Shown: positions 58,950 through 60,597 of the stretch, in pieces
Position numbering within the stretch: the stretch's first letter is position 1
Layout of the letters: each line of letters starts with the position of its first letter
Virus record (IMG/VR): IMGVR_UViG_3300042861_000484
Span: 1 to 60,597 of that record
DNA: 60,597 bases
Direction: 5' to 3' (one strand)
Source: a virus
Taxonomy: Duplodnaviria > Caudoviricetes
Notes under the pieces: generated by a model
What the model was told of the DNA's origin: nothing
Seen by the model: only the letters and a program-made list of their open reading frames with translations
Databases searched by the model: none
Made by a program: the position numbers and the translations under genes

Positions 58950-59267
58950 ATGGAACAATTTTTTGAAGAATCTGTAAAACAGGAACTTAAGAGCATGGAT
59001 CAACGTCTGTACGATCTAGAGGAGAAGATGAACTCCATAGATAATAAGCTCACACAGGTTATTGAAGCTATCATGGGTAATCCACTCACCAAAGCTGGTG
59101 GGGTGGTTAATAGCATTGAGCTTCTTGAGAAGAAGATCAAAGGATTGGAAGAGAAAGTGGAGAAGCAAGAGGAGTTTAAAAAGAAGCTCACATGGACAGT
59201 GGGTTTAATTTTAGCTGCTGCTATGATTATCCAATACCTTCTGGACCTTTATTCGCACATTAAGTAA
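58950..59267 (+). CDS. coiled-coil protein with C-terminal transmembrane helix (holin/XhlA-like candidate)
   Basis: ATG at 58950 preferred because the GTG at 58914 lies in a hairpin; heptads then WTVGLILAAAMIIQYLL. Confidence 0.6.
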   Translation: MEQFFEESVKQELKSMDQRLYDLEEKMNSIDNKLTQVIEAIMGNPLTKAGGVVNSIELLEKKIKGLEEKVEKQEEFKKKLTWTVGLILAAAMIIQYLLDLYSHIK

Positions 59268-59277
59268 CCACACATAT

Positions 59278-59913
59278 ATGCCATACAAAAAGAAGACCTA
59301 CTTCCAAAAAAACTACCTGAGTCTTATCACACTGGCACTCTTAGCAATTGTGCTTCTCCAGAGATGTGAGCCTGGCAAGCCTTCTGAAGCACCTACAATT
59401 ATTAGAGACACCACATGGATCATTAAAGATTGCACCATCAACAGCAAACCTCAGATCATCAAGACTATCCCTGTTGATGTATCCCATGATACAATCATTA
59501 ACAACTACCTTCCTGATACCAACTATGATAGATTACTCGCTCAGTATCAAGAAGTTGTAAATAAATTCCTTTCCACAAACCTCTATTCTGATAGTGTTAG
59601 AATTGACACTATTGGATATGTGAAGGTGACAGACACTATTAGCCAGAACATGCTTCTCAAGCGTGGCTATAGGATTAATGTCAAATATCCCATCATAACA
59701 GAAACGATTATTAAGCCTGCTCCTAAGGTGAATCAGCTGTATGTGGGGGGTGGTCTTGAGGGAAATAAAACTAACTTAGTTAACCAAATTAATGCTGGGC
59801 TCTTGTTTAAGAACAAGAAAGATCAGATCTTTGGGTTGAATGCTGGCTTAACCGCTGATGGTCAACCGAATGTGGGCATAAGCAGCTTTTGGAAAATAAC
59901 CCTTAAAAAATAA
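59278..59913 (+). CDS. membrane-anchored/lipoprotein-like protein, spanin-like candidate
   Basis: basic N-terminus + LITLALLAIVLLQRC; IRDTT, HDTI, DSV, DTI repeats; beta-rich C-terminus. Confidence 0.55.
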   Translation: MPYKKKTYFQKNYLSLITLALLAIVLLQRCEPGKPSEAPTIIRDTTWIIKDCTINSKPQIIKTIPVDVSHDTIINNYLPDTNYDRLLAQYQEVVNKFLSTNLYSDSVRIDTIGYVKVTDTISQNMLLKRGYRINVKYPIITETIIKPAPKVNQLYVGGGLEGNKTNLVNQINAGLLFKNKKDQIFGLNAGLTADGQPNVGISSFWKITLKK

Positions 59914-59917
59914 ACCA

Positions 59918-60307
59918 ATGTTAGATTCAACACAAGTTGTACTGTCTCCTACATGGAAACAGTCTTTAGAATTTGCCTCTGAAAGAGGTGATCATTTGAC
60001 CTGGGTGATTATTGGAATCATCCTTTTACTAGGCTTTGTTGCTGTCCTTTTAGGAGCAGGAACTAATGCTAGCTGGTTCCCCAAGATTGGAGCTTTTAGC
60101 AATGTTCTTCTGTTTATTCTTCTGGTGGGAGGATTAGCCTCCTTCTTCTGGCAACCTAGTCAAATCAGATGGAACAATGACAAGGTGCTGGAGAAATCCC
60201 ATGTAGATCAGATCATCAAGGATTCTGGATCTGTTAAACCCATTTGGGACAGTCTCAGAAAGAACTGCTTAATTGTTGGAGGACCTTACGATTGCTACCA
60301 GAAATGA
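59918..60307 (+). CDS. two-TM membrane protein
   Basis: WVIIGIILLLGFVAVLLG and VLLFILLVGGLASFFW. Confidence 0.65.
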   Translation: MLDSTQVVLSPTWKQSLEFASERGDHLTWVIIGIILLLGFVAVLLGAGTNASWFPKIGAFSNVLLFILLVGGLASFFWQPSQIRWNNDKVLEKSHVDQIIKDSGSVKPIWDSLRKNCLIVGGPYDCYQK

Positions 60308-60597
60308 TATTCTCAGCAGCATTTCTAATTCTGGCAGCAGCGTGTAACGCTCTGATGGATAGTGTAGAATATGAAACTGCATTTGAGAAGTCTATATTCT
60401 CTAAGCTCAATCCCAAATGGTGGTGTAAATCAATCAGTTGGGAGTATGTCAAGTTTCTGCCTCTCACTAAATACAGACCAGACGCTTGGCATTTAGCCAA
60501 GAGCTCAATGGTGATATTCATTGTTCTGGCAATTATAGCAGCTGTTCCAGTGTCTTCCAAACTCCCGCATTTTGTAGTGCTAGGGCTCATTTGGAAC
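60304..60597 (+). CDS. membrane protein, 3'-truncated by window end
   Basis: ATGA overlap; MIFSAAFLILAAACNALMD...DAWHLAKSSMVIFIVLAIIAAV..., open to the end. Confidence 0.65.
   Translation, partial: MIFSAAFLILAAACNALMDSVEYETAFEKSIFSKLNPKWWCKSISWEYVKFLPLTKYRPDAWHLAKSSMVIFIVLAIIAAVPVSSKLPHFVVLGLIWN

Noticed and set aside
60255-60590. Minus-strand 111-aa ORF
   Set aside because: Overlaps a more plausible + strand membrane protein gene starting at 60304 by ATGA coupling
1-60597. Stop-codon reassignment as seen in some crAss-like lineages
   Set aside because: Genes up to 12 kb are open under the standard code; TGA ends several coupled genes and TAG ends the SPFH gene before an intergenic region; no fragmentation
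1-60597. CRISPR array or mini-array
   Set aside because: No regularly spaced identical direct repeats; intergenic spaces are short and explained by hairpins and promoters

Overview
The window is the structural and virion-cargo half of a crAss-like (Crassvirales-type) podophage genome, and every credible gene is on the + strand under the standard bacterial code. The host is probably a Bacteroidota member, judged from TTTG-N19-21-TAnnTTTG promoters and A-rich starts lacking Shine-Dalgarno sites. Gene order: small genes, TerL, portal, an SPFH gene, acidic scaffold, major capsid protein, conserved capsid/ring genes, Cys/Thr-rich decoration genes, a metallophosphoesterase, ring/IHF/tail-tube genes, a tail stabilization (muzzle) gene that appears split in two, a NUMOD4-HNH endonuclease, two mosaic cargo proteins, three large ejected proteins including a 4136-aa virion RNA polymerase (DFDID), a tail fibre and membrane/lysis-like genes. 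Four things stand out: (i) two cargo proteins built from AT-rich cassettes punctuated by about 20 xxGG/AQxG motifs, some carrying TonB-box-like LPEVVV motifs; (ii) a D-armless, CCA-ending tRNA-like element after the capsid gene; (iii) a poly-Thr-linker/Cys-module shuffling system across virion genes that has split the muzzle gene; (iv) inverted repeats at all four host-type promoters. All calls come from motif reading and synteny; no database searches were run.
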